Origin: Callorhinchus milii
Taxonomy: Eukaryota
NCBI RefSeq assembly: GCF_018977255.1
Contig: NW_024704743.1
Span: 2,792,001-2,856,000 of the forward strand
DNA: 64,000 nucleotides
Direction: 5' to 3'
Part shown: positions 27,720-41,018 of the stretch, one piece after another
Position numbering within the stretch: the first letter of the stretch is position 1
Layout of the letters: every line of letters starts with the position of its first letter
Translations under genes and position numbers: made by a program
The notes under the pieces: generated by a model
What the model was told of the DNA's origin: nothing
The model's database searches: none
What the model saw: the letters and a program-made list of their open reading frames with translations, nothing else

Positions 27720-28280
27720 AACAACAACTACAACAAAATGACATCTATAGTGCGCCTTTCACGTCGGGAGGACATCCCAAAGCGCTGAGCAGTCAGGTGT
27801 CAGGACCTGAGCATGGGTAGGGGTGGTTTAGGAGTGAGGGAAGGCAGAGAGGTGGGAGGGAGAAAGGTCTTGAGACCAGCCTTGAAGGAGGCAAGGGAGG
27901 AAGCAAGGTGAAGGGACCGCGGGATGAAGTTCCAGAGTGCGGCGGCAGAGAGGCTGAAAGCTCAGCCACCAATAGTAGGGCGGGTCGGGCGGGAGATATG
28001 GAGCAGCCGGAGCCTGATGAACAGAGGGAGCGGGCAGGTTGGTAGGGAGTCAGCAGGTCAGAGAGGTAGGAGAGGGCAAGGCCATGGATGGCCTTAAACG
28101 TGAGGACGAGGATCTTGAACTCGATCCTCTGGGGGATGGGGAGCCAGTGGAGTTGGGTGAGGGTGGGAGTGAGGGGGTCACAGAGCCTGGTGCGTGAGAG
28201 TACACGAGCTGCAGAGTTTTAGATGATCTGCAGTTTGTGAAGGGAGGAGTTGGGAAGGCCGATGAGGAGGGAATTTCCAT
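27720..28280 (-). mobile_element. L2 LINE 3' fragment
   Basis: Close reverse-complement match to 57540-58150; (CAA)n tail at the low end. Confidence 0.92.
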
Positions 28281-28802
28281 AATTAAGAACAGGAGCTGAG
28301 TGGGAAGAATTGCTGCCCCCAATGGGTGAGGGAGGTGAGAGGAGAATATAGGGAAGATTCACACTGGCTCAGTGTGCTCTATAGGGACAGGTGCTGCCAA
28401 TGTGTTTATGTGTATCATTTGCTTGACTCAAAGCACTGTAAACCTAAGCAGGACAGGTGTCACACTCACTGTCCACACTGACTCCATGTCTGTACTGTCC
28501 ACTCACAAAGCAATAGGCATTATACACCTTCTTAGTAACATATTCTCTCAGACTAAATAAAGTGCACAAACAGAAACAGTTTGACGAGGACACCCGGCTA
28601 ATGGCAAAGTGACTAACTGGGCGACAAACATTTAGGATAAGTGATTTGATGTCTCCCCCACCCCCCCGGGGTGTTTTGAGCTCACAGATGGCAAGCGGTG
28701 ATGTGTTTGTTTTGAACTCGTAAAACAGAGGCTCGGGACTGATCTCCTCACAGCAGAAATCAAACTGCAAGAAACTTTCATAGCCACAGTGACAAATGTC
28801 AC

Positions 28803-29422
28803 ACTGAACCCTCATGTAGTGACTAAATCCTAATGTAGTGACTGAACCCTAATGTAGTGACTAAACCCTAATGTAGTGACTGAACCGTAATGTAGTGACT
28901 AAACCCCAATGTAGTGACTAAACTCTAATGTGACTAAAACCTAATGTAGTGACTGAACTCTAATGTAGTTACTAAATCCTAATGTGGTGACTAAACCCTA
29001 ATGTAGTGACAAACCCTAATGTAGTGACTGAACCCTAATGTAGTGACTAAACATTGTAGTGACTAAACGCTAATGTAGTGACTGAACTCTCATGTTGTGA
29101 CTAAAACCGAATGTAGTGACTAAACCCTAATGTGGTGACTAAACCCTAATGTAGTGACCAAAACCTAATGCAGTGACTAAATCCTAATGTAGTGACTAAA
29201 CCCTAATGTACTGACTGAACTCTAATGTTGTGATTAAAAGCTAATGTAGTGACTGAACCCTAATGTAGTGACTGAACTCTAATGTAGTGACTAAACCCTA
29301 ATGTGGTGACGAAACCCTAATGTAGTGGCTAAACCCTAATGTTGTGATTGAACCCTAATGTAGTGACCAAACCCTAATGTAGTGACCAAACCCTAATATA
29401 GTGACTAAATCCTAATGTAGTG
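28803..29422. repeat. 19-bp minisatellite (AATGTAGTGACTAAACCCT), ~32 copies
   Basis: Directly visible tandem array. Confidence 0.97.
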
Positions 29423-30399
29423 TTGACCACTTGCTCCCCTGTGAACACCTTCAGAGCAGACAGACCGTCCAAAGTTTATGTCAATTTATGCTCATGAGGT
29501 GAGAAATGCTGGGAAATGAATTGCTCTTCCGACTCAGCACCTGTTAACAACAACACCTTGCACTTACATAGCACCCCTCATGCTGGGTAGTGTCTCACAG
29601 CGCTTAGCCCTGCTTAAAACATCCTGAAATTCCTCATATTCTGAAAATTTCAATTGCCGCAGAATTTTGCAAGTTCTTAAATTCAGTCTGAACTGGAAGC
29701 TGTTTGGAAGATTGAAATTCTGAATCTTCAGACAATGGACTTCAGGCTGAATCTAAGAGAAATTTCAGGGCCTCTGGTGTTGATTATTCTGCACTAAGCT
29801 GCTCCTCTCTGGCGTATGGAGCACTTGGTGTCAGCGGGATTGGCTTATGGTGAATAGTTCGGCCTTTATCATTACAAGATCTAGAAACTTGAGGAACTGC
29901 CTTGATGTGCTGAATGGCCTCCTCCTGTTCTTGTTTTCTCACGTTTCTAATGGGAATAAATGCTCTCTTAATCCATATTAAAAAGTGACCTTTAAAAACA
30001 GAATTGATTACCCTTTTAAACAGCTCCACTTTGTTGTTCTCTGCATCTGTCAGTTTAACAGTGTAGTCTCCAGCCTGAATTACTAACATCTGAGTCGAGG
30101 TTTTAGTCAACCTCCAGATGTGGTTCCATTGAGGACGTGAGGGTTTATTAACCAAAATAACTGTTAACATTGGCTTCTATTTATGCATCATGTTTAAACC
30201 ATATGTAAATGCATGTGGATAGACGGAATCACAAGTGTCATTAAATATGCCACAAACAACCAATGTTTTCTCATTGGTTGCCAATAATTATTATTAATAA
30301 TTAATATTGTGCCTTTTACATCAGGGAGAATACTCACAGGATTTTACTGTAAAGTGTATTGTAGGGGAGGCTCTCATTGTCGAGTACTATGGAGCTTTT

Positions 30400-30725
30400 T
30401 TTGCCCAGCTGGGTGTCTGACACACGCGGAAACCTGTCACCGTTGCTTAAGAGTCTCCAAACCAAGTTGAGAATACCACCTACACATGGAAATCTCAGAG
30501 ATAGATTGTTGGAATGGAATAACCCCTCTCTCTCTCCCTGGAGGGACGCTTCCTGCTAACTAATTCCGGAAAGTATTAGTTGCAGGTTGGCAAGAGCCAA
30601 GGCTTGGGGGGAGCCCAGAGTGTGTGTTGGGGTAACTGCTGGAGTCTAACCAGCTAAAACCACGTAGTTTGCCATTGATATCACTGTCTGGCAAGCTTTC
30701 CCGCTGCTTCTTTAGCCAGGACAAG
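30400..30725 (-). repeat. Copy of unclassified interspersed repeat
   Basis: Colinear with other copies; begins TTTTTTGCCCAGCTGGGTGTCTGACAC on the plus strand. Confidence 0.85.
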
Positions 30726-31047
30726 ATCCTCTTGGGGTGGGGGTGGGGGGGGCTTTGGCTTACAGGGTCCGACATTCCATTGACAAACATGTCAATTTTA
30801 GGAGTTGTGAAATATCTGGATTTTAATAGGAGGCACATAAGTGTCTAGGCGGAGTTTTACGTTTAATCACTGGCTGAGCAGGCCACAGCACTGAATCAAC
30901 ACAGGTCATGGACAAAGACTGCAGCAAGTACAGAGAGAAGGAAACCAAAACAGTAATTCACACTGCAGCCGGGAGGGAACACGATTAACAGCAACAGCCT
31001 TGGCCATACACGTACAAATACCTCAGTGATGTAAGGACATTACTCAC

Positions 31048-31098
31048 CATTTACACAGATCTCATAAGCCTCACACACATCAGTTTCAAATAAGCAGC
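31048..31098 (-). CDS. PTPRN2: PTPRN2-like coding exon 2 (GCLFETDVCEAYEICVN), Cys-rich RESP18-homology region
   Basis: 51-nt phase 1-1 exon; acceptor ttccttgtgttcacttgcag|, donor |gtgagt; peptide matches human PTPRN2 GCLLEEGLCGASEACVND as recalled, with the same Cys spacing. Confidence 0.92.
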
Positions 31099-32535
31099 CT
31101 GCAAGTGAACACAAGGAAATCTATTAGATATAATAACAATAATATTGCTGATAATAATCCTTGCAGTTAATATGGCATCTCCCGTGTCAGGAGGGCGGAC
31201 ATTGTAGTGACTATTGTATTTAATTTAGAAGCTGTTTCTCTGTATGTAGCCTTGCTTAAAAGCTAAGGCGGTTTGCAAACATTCCCAGTCAATGAAGCAT
31301 TTTCCGAACTAGAAAATGATTGGAGAGAGAATTTAATCAGCTCTTTCTCTGTAGATAAAGAGAAAAGGATGCATTTTGTTGCTAATGATGCAGGCTTGTC
31401 AGGAAGAAGAGCAGGAAGCAGACCAACCCCTATTAACCTTTTGGGGGATATTTATGATCATTACTGATGGCGTTAAGGGGGGCGACGGAATGAGGATTTT
31501 TTTCATTAGATAAACCTGGGTAATAGGGCACGGCATATAACACAAGCCGGTTCTGTGGAACAGGCTCCCTAGGGAGACGATTGAAGCCGGAAGTGTTGAT
31601 TCTTTCAAACACAGATTAGATAGTTTTCTTTTAGGAAATAACATTATGGCAAATGGTACATAGGGAGTTCGGAACATATGTGCAAGCGACTGCCAGGAAG
31701 GTGGAAGGCGAACTAGATGGACCTTGGTGTTTTCTCATCTAGCATTTCTTATGTTCTTACAAGTCCCATAACAGGACTTTGACCTCACAGCGAAGGCTGA
31801 TAAGTAACATGAACTGAGGGAGTGACGTTCAATCAAAAAACAAAATACGTGGTTCTGAAAAGGTTTTGCCAATTATTTTGTAATGATTGTATTCTCCCAA
31901 ATAAGCTTGTGTTAGTCATCCCTTATTCATTATTATTATTCAGACTCAGTGTTCACATGGTGGGAGCTGCGTTGGGTGTCAGGTACAGTCGGAGGCAGGT
32001 AATGAGGTGGAGAAAAGTGGTCCTGGTCAGACTGAGAAAATACCTTCTCTTTTCAAATAATGACCCATGGGATCTTTAACATCTACCTGAACAATCAGAT
32101 GTAACCTTAGTCTAATAAAGGATTATCCAAAGGAAGGCACACCCAACAATACAGCCCCAGACCCCCTACTCACACACACACGTTGGAGTCAGCCTAGACT
32201 GTATGTCAAAGTCCCGACCTGGGGCTTGAACCCATAATCTTTTGACTCAGAGGAGAAAGTGCTATTAATTGAGCCGGACTGACATGTCATAAGATCAGAA
32301 GATTGGTTAGTATGAAGCAGGCCCTTTGGCCCATCCCATCTCATCCTTTCAGAACAACCACTATCCCGTCCCCCTATCACAGCATCAAGCTGCTTTTTAA
32401 ATCATTAACATGGGTACAGGGTGCAGGACCTTTTTTACGCTGTCAACTGTGTTATGTGTTATTCCATCGCACACTCGGGTCCCCAAGCCTTAGCAGTTGT
32501 CAATCTGCACCTAATACATTTCAGAATTAGGCAAG

Positions 32536-33203
32536 ATTATCAATAAAATACTAATATTTTTATATTTCATAGATTTTAATCCTGCTCCCAATAAGTATTT
32601 AATCCATATTTAATCTGCAGCTCCAAACAAATATGAACTCTGGAAACCTATTACCACAGCAGAAGATTGACTCATCATTTCACATCTCTGTCAACACCTT
32701 TTTCTTAAGTGAAACAAATTAATAATTGGATGTAAGTAATTAATATTAGATGCATCCCTCCAGGGAGTGAGCGCGTATTCCATTCCAACAATTTCTCTCT
32801 GGGATTTCCATGTGTAGGTGGGATGCATGGAAATCTCAGTTTGGTTTGGTGACTCTATTAAGCAACGGTGATGAGTTTCCACATGTGTCAGGCACCCGGC
32901 AGATCACGGTGATGGGTTTCCACATGTATCAGGCTGACCAAAAACAATAGAGTCCACTGACTGAGGCTGTCACAAACGCAAACCCTGGCTGAAGTGAATT
33001 CCATTTCCTGCCGGTTACATCTAATTATTAACATGCTTCACTTAGCAAAAAAAATTTGGACAGATGTGTGAAATGATGAGCCAATCTTCTGCTGTGGTAA
33101 TAGGATTCCAGAGGTCATATTGTTTCAGAGATGCAGATTAAATTCTTATTGGGAGCAAGATTAAAATCTATGAAATATTAAAATATTAATTTATATTCAA
33201 TTA
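32536..33203. repeat. Long inverted repeat: arms ~32536-32735 and ~33015-33203
   Basis: For example CCTATTACCACAGCAGAAGATTG (left) is the reverse complement of CAATCTTCTGCTGTGGTAATAGG (right); similarity extends ~190 bp. Confidence 0.92.
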
Positions 33204-34147
33204 TGAGTATGTGTGTGTAGTGGGGGAGGGGGAGGACATCCCTAATGATATTCATTAAGTTAATGCTAAGGTAACAGATTCTTAATGAAGGTGAATGTTG
33301 ATGATAAACTGCTCCTGTGCCGTGTCTTTCATGTCACAGAAAAAGAAGTTTCTGGTCCTGGCAAACAAACACCCAGATACAACTGGTCATTTACTTCAAG
33401 GCTGTTCATGAAGTATTGCTGTGCGTAAATGGTCTACTTAGTTACAGTAAATCCTATGAAGCACTTTGAGACAACCTCCCGGCATGAAAGGCACCACATC
33501 AAATTATTATCATTGAGCAACACTCTCTCTGTGAGTTACGTCTCTATTCCAAAGCGAGTAAGTGAGGTCGATTGCTTTATTAAAAGAGAAAAATGTGAAG
33601 TTAATCCTTTCATGGGAATGAAGTCCCAGCTGATGGTCTGGCAGCTGAAAGCAGCAGCAAAAGGTAAATGAGAAGTGTTCCCATTCACAGCGTTTTGCTT
33701 CTGCTAATGAACTGCACTTAGAATGAAGTATGTGCCTGCATTCAACATGAAAATCCTACTTGTTTACTCACAAGGTGGAACTCATTGCCGAAGCTGTGGT
33801 TGAAATAAATAGCATCAAAGTATTTTACTGCTTACTCCCCACCCACCCACCGCCTCTGCTTGACTGGGGCTCCGGCCTTCTGCTTGATCCTCATTCCCTC
33901 CGTTCCACCATCAGTGACTGCACTTTTAGCCACAACGCCCTGAAACTCTAGAACACTCTGCCTCTATTCCTCCACCTTGCCGCTTTCTTTCCCATCTTCA
34001 GGTTGCGACTTCAGTCACCCTGGTTGGTGTTGTGCTCTGCCATGGTCACTCGCTCTGAGACGTTACCCTGCATTAGGGGCGCTGTATAAATGCAAGTTGT
34101 TGTTGTTAAGTAAACTTGGTGCATACATGAGGGGAGAAGAGAACAGC

Positions 34148-34502
34148 TGGCTATAGGTGCGGGGCTATAGGTGAGGAGCTATAGGTGAGGAGCTATAGGG
34201 GTGGGGCTATAGGTGAGGAGCTATAAGTGAGGGGCTATAGGTGAGGAACTATAGGGGTGGGGCTATAGGTGAGGAGCTATAGGGTGGGGCTATAAATTGA
34301 GGGCTCTTGGTGAGGAGCTATAGGGGAGGGGCTATAGGGGATGGGGCTATAAGATGCTATAGGTGAGACTCTATAGGGGAGGGACTAAAGGGGAGAAGCG
34401 AGAAGGAAGACTGTAGGGGAGGGGCTATAAGGGAGATCCTATAGGAGAGAGGCTATGGGGGAGGAGCTATAGGGGAGGGGATTAGGAGGGATGGGGAGGG
34501 GG
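34148..34502. repeat. G-rich 14-15-bp minisatellite (GCTATAGGTGAGGA) within a CR1-type 3' UTR
   Basis: Tandem array; flanks match the unexpanded CR1 tail at 51470-51585. Confidence 0.88.
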
Positions 34503-34854
34503 TATATATGGTATAAATATAAATCTTGGCACAGGCTAATTGACCCAAATGCACCAGCTTGTGCTGTATCCCATCACTGCAAAACACAATATTAGGATAA
34601 CACTCGTGTCCGTGTGTTATTTCAATATAATATTATTGTTCTCAACTGAAATGACGGCTGTGTTTTGCCTACAAAAAAGTAAGTCAATTCGCTTGACAGT
34701 AATCACCTATGAAATAGTTCTGAGACGTTTTGTTTTGATAAACACTATAAGAATAAAAGCTATTTATTTGCAGACTACAGAAGTGCCATTTCCATATACT
34801 GACGCTGATGCAGTGTTTACGTTATGTTAAAAACAGCAATCGTTCTGCTCCGTA

Positions 34855-36715
34855 TAACAACAAGATTACATGTGTATAGTGCCTTTGACGTCGGGAGGAT
34901 GTCCCAAGGCGCTGGACAGTGACAGCATTTCAGACCCGAGCTGGGATTGGGGGGGAGAAGGGAGGGGAGGGGAGGGAAGGGATGGTGGCAGGTGGCATGG
35001 TCAAAGAGGAGGGTTTTGAGGCAGGACTTGAAGGAGGCTAAGGAGGGGGCAAGGTGGAGGGACTGGGGGATGGAATTCCAGAGGTTGGGGGCAGAGTGGC
35101 TGAAGGCTCTCCCGCCAATGGTGGGGCGGGTGATGGGGCGGGTGAGTCGGGGACGTGGAGCAGGCTGGAGCCAGCTAAGCAGAGGGAGCAGGCGGGTTGG
35201 TAGCAGGTTAGAAGATCACAGAGGTAGGGTGGGGCGAGGCCATGGAGGGCATTGTAGGTGAGGACCAGGATCTTGAACTGGATCCTCTGAAGGATAGGGA
35301 GCCAATGGAGTCGGGCGAGATTGGGGGAGATGGGGTCATGGAGTTTGGTGCAGGAGAGGACACAGGCTGCAGAGTTCTGGATTATCTGCAGCCTGTGGAG
35401 AGAATTGTTGGGAAGGCCAACAAGCAGGGCGTTTGCATAGTCGAACCTGGGGGTAATAAAGGCATGAACAAGAGTTTCAGTGGCTTGAGGGGTGAGGTAG
35501 TGGTGGAGTCGGGCGATGTTACGGAGGTGAGGGAAGGCAGAGCGGGTCATGGCTTGGATGTGGGGAAGAAAAGACAGTTGAGGGTCGAACAAGATACCCA
35601 GGTTCCTGGCTGACTGGTGAGTTGAAGTGTGCAACCATGGAGGTTGATACTGCCAGGGCCTGAAGTGCTGAAGCGCTGGCGCGAGCCAATCAGGAGGGCC
35701 TCAGTCTTGTTCACATTCAACTGCAGGAAATTTGCCCTCATCCAGGACTTGATGTCCGACAGACAGTCTGTCAGGACAGCAGTGGTCCTGGAGTTGAGGG
35801 TGGGGGCAGAAAGATAGAGTTGGGTGTCATCTGCATACATGTGGAAGTTGACCCCATGTTTGTGGATGATGTCACCAAGGGGGAGCATGTAGATATTAAA
35901 GAGGAGACAAGGACAGAGTCCTGGGGGACGCCAGATGTGACAGTGTGGGGGCTGGAGGAGAAAATGTTAGACGCAACAAAGTGGAGACGGTGAGAGAGAT
36001 AGGAATCGAACCAGACAAAGGCAGGTCCGTGAAGATTGAATAAAGAGGAGAGACGGTGTATGAGGATGGAGTGGTCGACAGTGTCGAAGGCGGCAGAAAG
36101 GTCGAGGAGGACAAGAAGGCAGAGGGAGCCCTGATCACAGATGTTCAGAATGTCATTAGTGACTGTGACCCCCAGGGCTGTTTCCGTGCTGTGGGCAGTG
36201 CGGAAGCCGGAATGGAGGGGTTCAAAGAGGGAATGGCGAGAGAGAAAGGAGCAGAGCTGGGACGCGATGACTCGTTCCAGGACCTTGGAGAGGAATGGGA
36301 GGTTAGAGATAGGGCGGTAGCTGGAGAGGAGGGATGGATCCAGGGAAGATTTTTTTCAGGATGGGGGTCGACAGCTGTTTTTAGGGAGGTGGGAACTGAA
36401 CCAGTGGACAAGGAGAGGTTGATGATGTCAGACAGGAAAGGGGGCAAAAAGGTGGAGCTGGGGGATGAGGAGAGAGGTGGGGATGGGATCGAGGGAGCAG
36501 GTAGTGGGTTTAAGTTTGCGAACGATGGCAGTGAGGGAGGAGGGAGAAATAGGGTCAAAGGAGTATGGGGGGATGGGTGGGGGATGGGTCATGAGGGAGA
36601 GGTGATGTGGGGGTGGTGGATGGATGGAGCAGAGGTGGCTGAACGTATCTCCTCGATTTTGGATTCGAGGAAGTCCAGCATCTTCTCATAGTTGGAGTTT
36701 GAGGGCGAGGCGTGG
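34855..36715 (-). mobile_element. L2-clade LINE, 5'-truncated, frameshifted RT
   Basis: ORFs 35547..35888 (MLPLGDII...[10 protein letters not shown]) and 35038..35634 ([14 protein letters not shown]...LHWLPILQRIQFKIL); 3' tail at the low end. Confidence 0.95.
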
Positions 36716-38019
36716 CATTTATTATAATTCATTGTAACATGACTGTATTTTTCCAGCTCAGTATAAGAGACTTCTATATGTATTACTGACCCAGTTCATA
36801 ACATCATATAAATGAGGATAGTCAACACTGACCCCTGGTTCTTTAACGTCCTCCTGAACAAGCAGACAATTCTTGGTTTAACGTCTCATTCTGAATAACA
36901 GCGTCTGTGACACTACAACACGACTAAAGTGGAGGGACTGAGGCAGAGAGTTATTGACTGTTCCGATAGAGACCTTAGATACCAAGACACTATTAGAAAA
37001 GAGAATTGATCTTCTCCCCGTATCCTGGCCAACAATCGCCCAGATTAAATGGTAATTTCTACTCATGACTGTTTGCAAAAAAAAGTCACGCATTTGAAAG
37101 CAATCACCTAAAAACTGTGCTGCGACGGTTGATACAGCCCTATATCAAATGCAAATATTAATTATAGTATGTGCCATACCCAGTACCCACCCACAAGTTA
37201 ACCTGCCCACCTACACACCACATGCAACTACTTTTACCACTCGATTCCCCTCGCTGTCATCACCTGCTCGCTCAGAGGAAGCGCCCACATTTCCAGTTGA
37301 CTTTGATGAGAAGTTGACAAATTTCCAGCTTACACAAGAACATTAATTAGTCAATGAATTAATCGGTTTAGTGCGTGTGCGAATGTGCGAGTAAGAAAGT
37401 AGGTTATCTTCCTGCAGGGAAAAATGCAGAGAATTGATGTGTATGAGTCACCCAGTGGATTTCCATACGCACTCCTTTTACTATCTGTAAATGAGTTGAT
37501 ATGGCAGTTATCTGTGAATCGAGTCGACACAGATTCTAGGTGCACGGCATTAAATCAGTTCTACACATCGTTCCCCACCACCATAAGCAATGTCAGTAGC
37601 AGCTCTAGCAGACAGTACATGTCCTGTAAGCACTTGTGCTATGATTTATCTTATGCTGAAATTCACTGACAAACATTAATAAGTAAAAGGGAAGTCACAC
37701 ACTGAATAGGAAGGGATGTTAGTCGGCTGGGATTATCATTGTGCCTTGAGCTCTGATCTCTTAGCAGTAATTAATTAACTCTGTTAGTCAATTGGCGGTG
37801 GGTAAGAATCCCTCAAAAAATAATTTGGTCTCTCAACCCATGAGACAAAATTTTCGGCCACAAAATGCACAGTCACTACACTTTACAATGAATTCTGTGA
37901 AACGTTTTGAGACGTCCCAACAAAGTGAATAGGTGCTACAACAAATGCAAAGATTATTATTAGAAGTTAATAATAATCCTGGTATTTATTATAGCTCCTA
38001 CATTTAACACAGGCTGACA

Positions 38020-38118
38020 CCCTAATGAGACACACTGACACCATAGTGAGACACACTGATACCGTAGTGAGACACACTGATACCGTAGTGAGACACACTG
38101 ATACCCTAGCGAGACACA
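38020..38118. repeat. 21-bp tandem repeat (GTGAGACACACTGATACCGTA)
   Basis: 4-5 copies. Confidence 0.9.
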
Positions 38119-40449
38119 TTGAGTCAGATGGTAACACTCCTGTTGCTGAAGATCCAATGAAACTTTTATTCACCTTAAAAACTAATACATGCACATCTCA
38201 AGTCCCACAAAATAAATTTTAGCTCCATAACTCATAGACACTGAAAGCAGAACTTGCATGGTCCAGAAAAAACAATTTGCATTTTTATAATAACTTGATG
38301 ACCACAAAATGACAAGATAATTACTGTCAGGTATTGTAGGCAATACAAACAGAATGACCAGTTAATGAGGATTATTGGCTAGGTCACAGCAAGAAACTAT
38401 GTCCTATGGAGTCCCATAGCAAAGTGGTTAGCAAACTCAGTTGAGTGTTTGAGTCCTTGCACTGTGAGAGGAATGGAGTGTGCATGCGGTAAGGGGATCA
38501 GAAAGATCAGCAGAGGACTGAAACTGGTTACCTGGAAGGGTGGTTGAGGCCAGGACACTGGATTCATTTAAGCAATAGCTTGATATTGTGATGGGAGGAC
38601 ACGGCAACAACAACTTGTATTTATACAGTGGCCCTCACGCAGGGTGGTGGGTGGTGTCCCGAGCACAAGAGGGTTGTGATGTGAAGGCTGGAATCAGATG
38701 GTCAAAGGGCCTTCATCATCCATCCGTGTAAAGGCCGAGATATAAATACAAGTTGTTGTTGTTGGAATCTTGTAAAGTGACTCCAACCTCTGCACGAAGC
38801 TTACTAGTGCTCCACCTCCAACTTTTATTCTGTTGGCAATGAATTGACCACAATGGGCCTCTTTAGTTCATATTCCAACACAACACCACACAGCCAGGGA
38901 CACATGGAGCAAAGATCGGCATCTCACAGTTTCACCCCTGGTGATACTCTCAGTGTAAAGAAAACCTTCCTAGTATCTGTCCTGAAATTATCCTTTACAA
39001 CTCTACACCTATGTCCTCTTGATCTACTGTCACAAAACACCCTAAAATATTAACATAGAACAAGAATTGCTAGATGAAAGAAGGCCAAGCTCCCTCCAGT
39101 TTGCCTGTACATGTCATGTCCCAAACTATGTATTGTATGAATTACTGTATTGATCTGGGTTTACTTTTTTAATCCCATTTAAAATGTAGTCCACTTCTAT
39201 GAGGTCCCCTCTGAGTCTCAACTTTTCTCAAGACCGAGAGATTGAAAGGCCGCAGCATGACAGTACAACAGGACATCAGTTTAGAATTTCAAAGGTCAAT
39301 ATCAGCAAGTTTTTCATTAATCAGAGGGCAAATAACAAGAGCAAGGGGTGGCCAGGAAGGCTGGCTGAGGCCAGAACACTGGGAGGGTGATATTGTGGAC
39401 CAGATGAGTTCAGATGGGCCAAAGGAACCTCAACAAAGTTTCCAAACCGATCTTGTGATTGTTATAGCACAGAATAAACCAATCAAAGCTTCCAGATGCG
39501 AGATCCATATTCTCATCGCTCTTTGTGTAAAGAAGTTACTCCTGAACTCGTGATAGATTTGGTATTGACCAATACAATTTAAATTTATATATAAACACCT
39601 TTCATTTTGGGAGGAGGTTTCAAAACACGTATAGAGTTGGCTGGGCAACTGAGCAGCTGGGGAGCCTGGGAGCTGAAGACATTGGGCAAGGGTGTAAGAT
39701 AATAAACAATAATCTTTGCATTTGATATAGCACTTTATCATGTTGTTGAGACTTCTCAAAGCCCCCAAAAATTGGAAGGGATTATTACCCAAGAAAGTAA
39801 TGTACCAATTGACTAACAAGCAGGTTCCTACTTTCTGATCGATAAAGAAAGGTGTGTATGTGTGTGGAGTAAGGAAACTTGCCTAAGGATTCCCGCCCGG
39901 GAATCGTTCCTGGTTCCTTTTGCTTTTGAGGCAAGGACGCTATGGGACTCTATAAGTTCTTATATTAATGCCCTCTATTAATTAATCCACCTTGAAACCT
40001 TTGAGATTTTAAACACCAGTTTATCACTGTGTCCAAAAGTCCACTAGGTCTTCATCTCATTTTGCATCCACGTGATCATGACAAACAGATCATTAATTAA
40101 AGAGCGAATTAAAATTACATTTTCAGATTACTTTCTCGATGGATGGATTATCTTTAATAATGGAGCTGCCACACCCTGGAAAATGTTACAAGCCAAGATT
40201 CTTATCAGCAGAAAAGGAAGCCCGATCGGAAACACAATTAACCATGCAGAACTGTGTCTGTTTATGTTTCCTTCCTCTCCTGAAGGCATTGAGTCAGACT
40301 GAAGTCTAGTTAAATAGTCCTGGCTGTCATCCAGTACAGCAGCTTCCAGGTGGGCCTTCATTGTGTGAACAGAGTCAGTGATACAATCAGCCACTTAATC
40401 ACCCATGAGCTTCATATGAAGAAAAACAGCAACACCAGCTGAGAATGAC

Positions 40450-40655
40450 TCCCCCAAACCCCAACCCTCCCCACCCAACCCCACTCCCCCACCCAACCCC
40501 ACTCCCCCCCCTCAACAACCACTCCCCCCCCAACCCCATACCTCCCCAACCCCAATACCCCTCGACCCCACTCCCCCAAACCCCAACCCCACACCCCCCC
40601 CAACCCCACACCCTCCCCCAACCCCACTCCCCCCCCCCAAACCCCCACCACCCCC
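40450..40655. repeat. C-rich low-complexity tract (G-rich on the pre-mRNA strand)
   Basis: Runs of CCCC separated by 1-3 nt; G-quadruplex-capable on the minus strand. Confidence 0.9.
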
Positions 40656-41018
40656 GAAGTTGGAAAAGGTGAAAGTCATCATTAATAACTCCGGGCAGGT
40701 GTGTGTTACAAAGGATAGCACAGAACTTGATCAATTCTCAGGCTTTAAAATATAGTTCCTTGTAAATAAAAATAAACTTTTCAATTACTGATGTGGATTT
40801 ATGGAGCTACTTTTGTTTTGTGTGCTACATAAAGTTGCTCTCCCTCCCTTACAACCCCTTGACTCCTCTTCATCTTCTTCTTCTCACTCTCCTGCTCACC
40901 TCCGCTATCCGGCAAACTGGGATCTGATAATCATTTCCCTCCCCCACATTGGAATTCCCTCCCTCAAACCCCTCCGCCCCACCCTCTCTTGATCTTTCCC
41001 TTTCACCCACAAAATAGT

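Noticed and set aside
28803..29422. CRISPR-like regular repeats (also 20656-21842 and 55347-56610)
   Set aside because: Head-to-tail units without unique spacers, no cas genes, vertebrate context.
10880..29545. REST/RE1 sites (TCAGCACC half-sites near 10895, 11382, 23673 and 29534)
   Set aside because: Only the left half-site is present; the GGACAG half is missing at the canonical spacing.
40128..40394. ORF with protein-like composition (…HLEAAVLDDSQDYLTRLQ…) as an exon
   Set aside because: The nearest plausible acceptor leads to stops in all frames; no recognisable homology.
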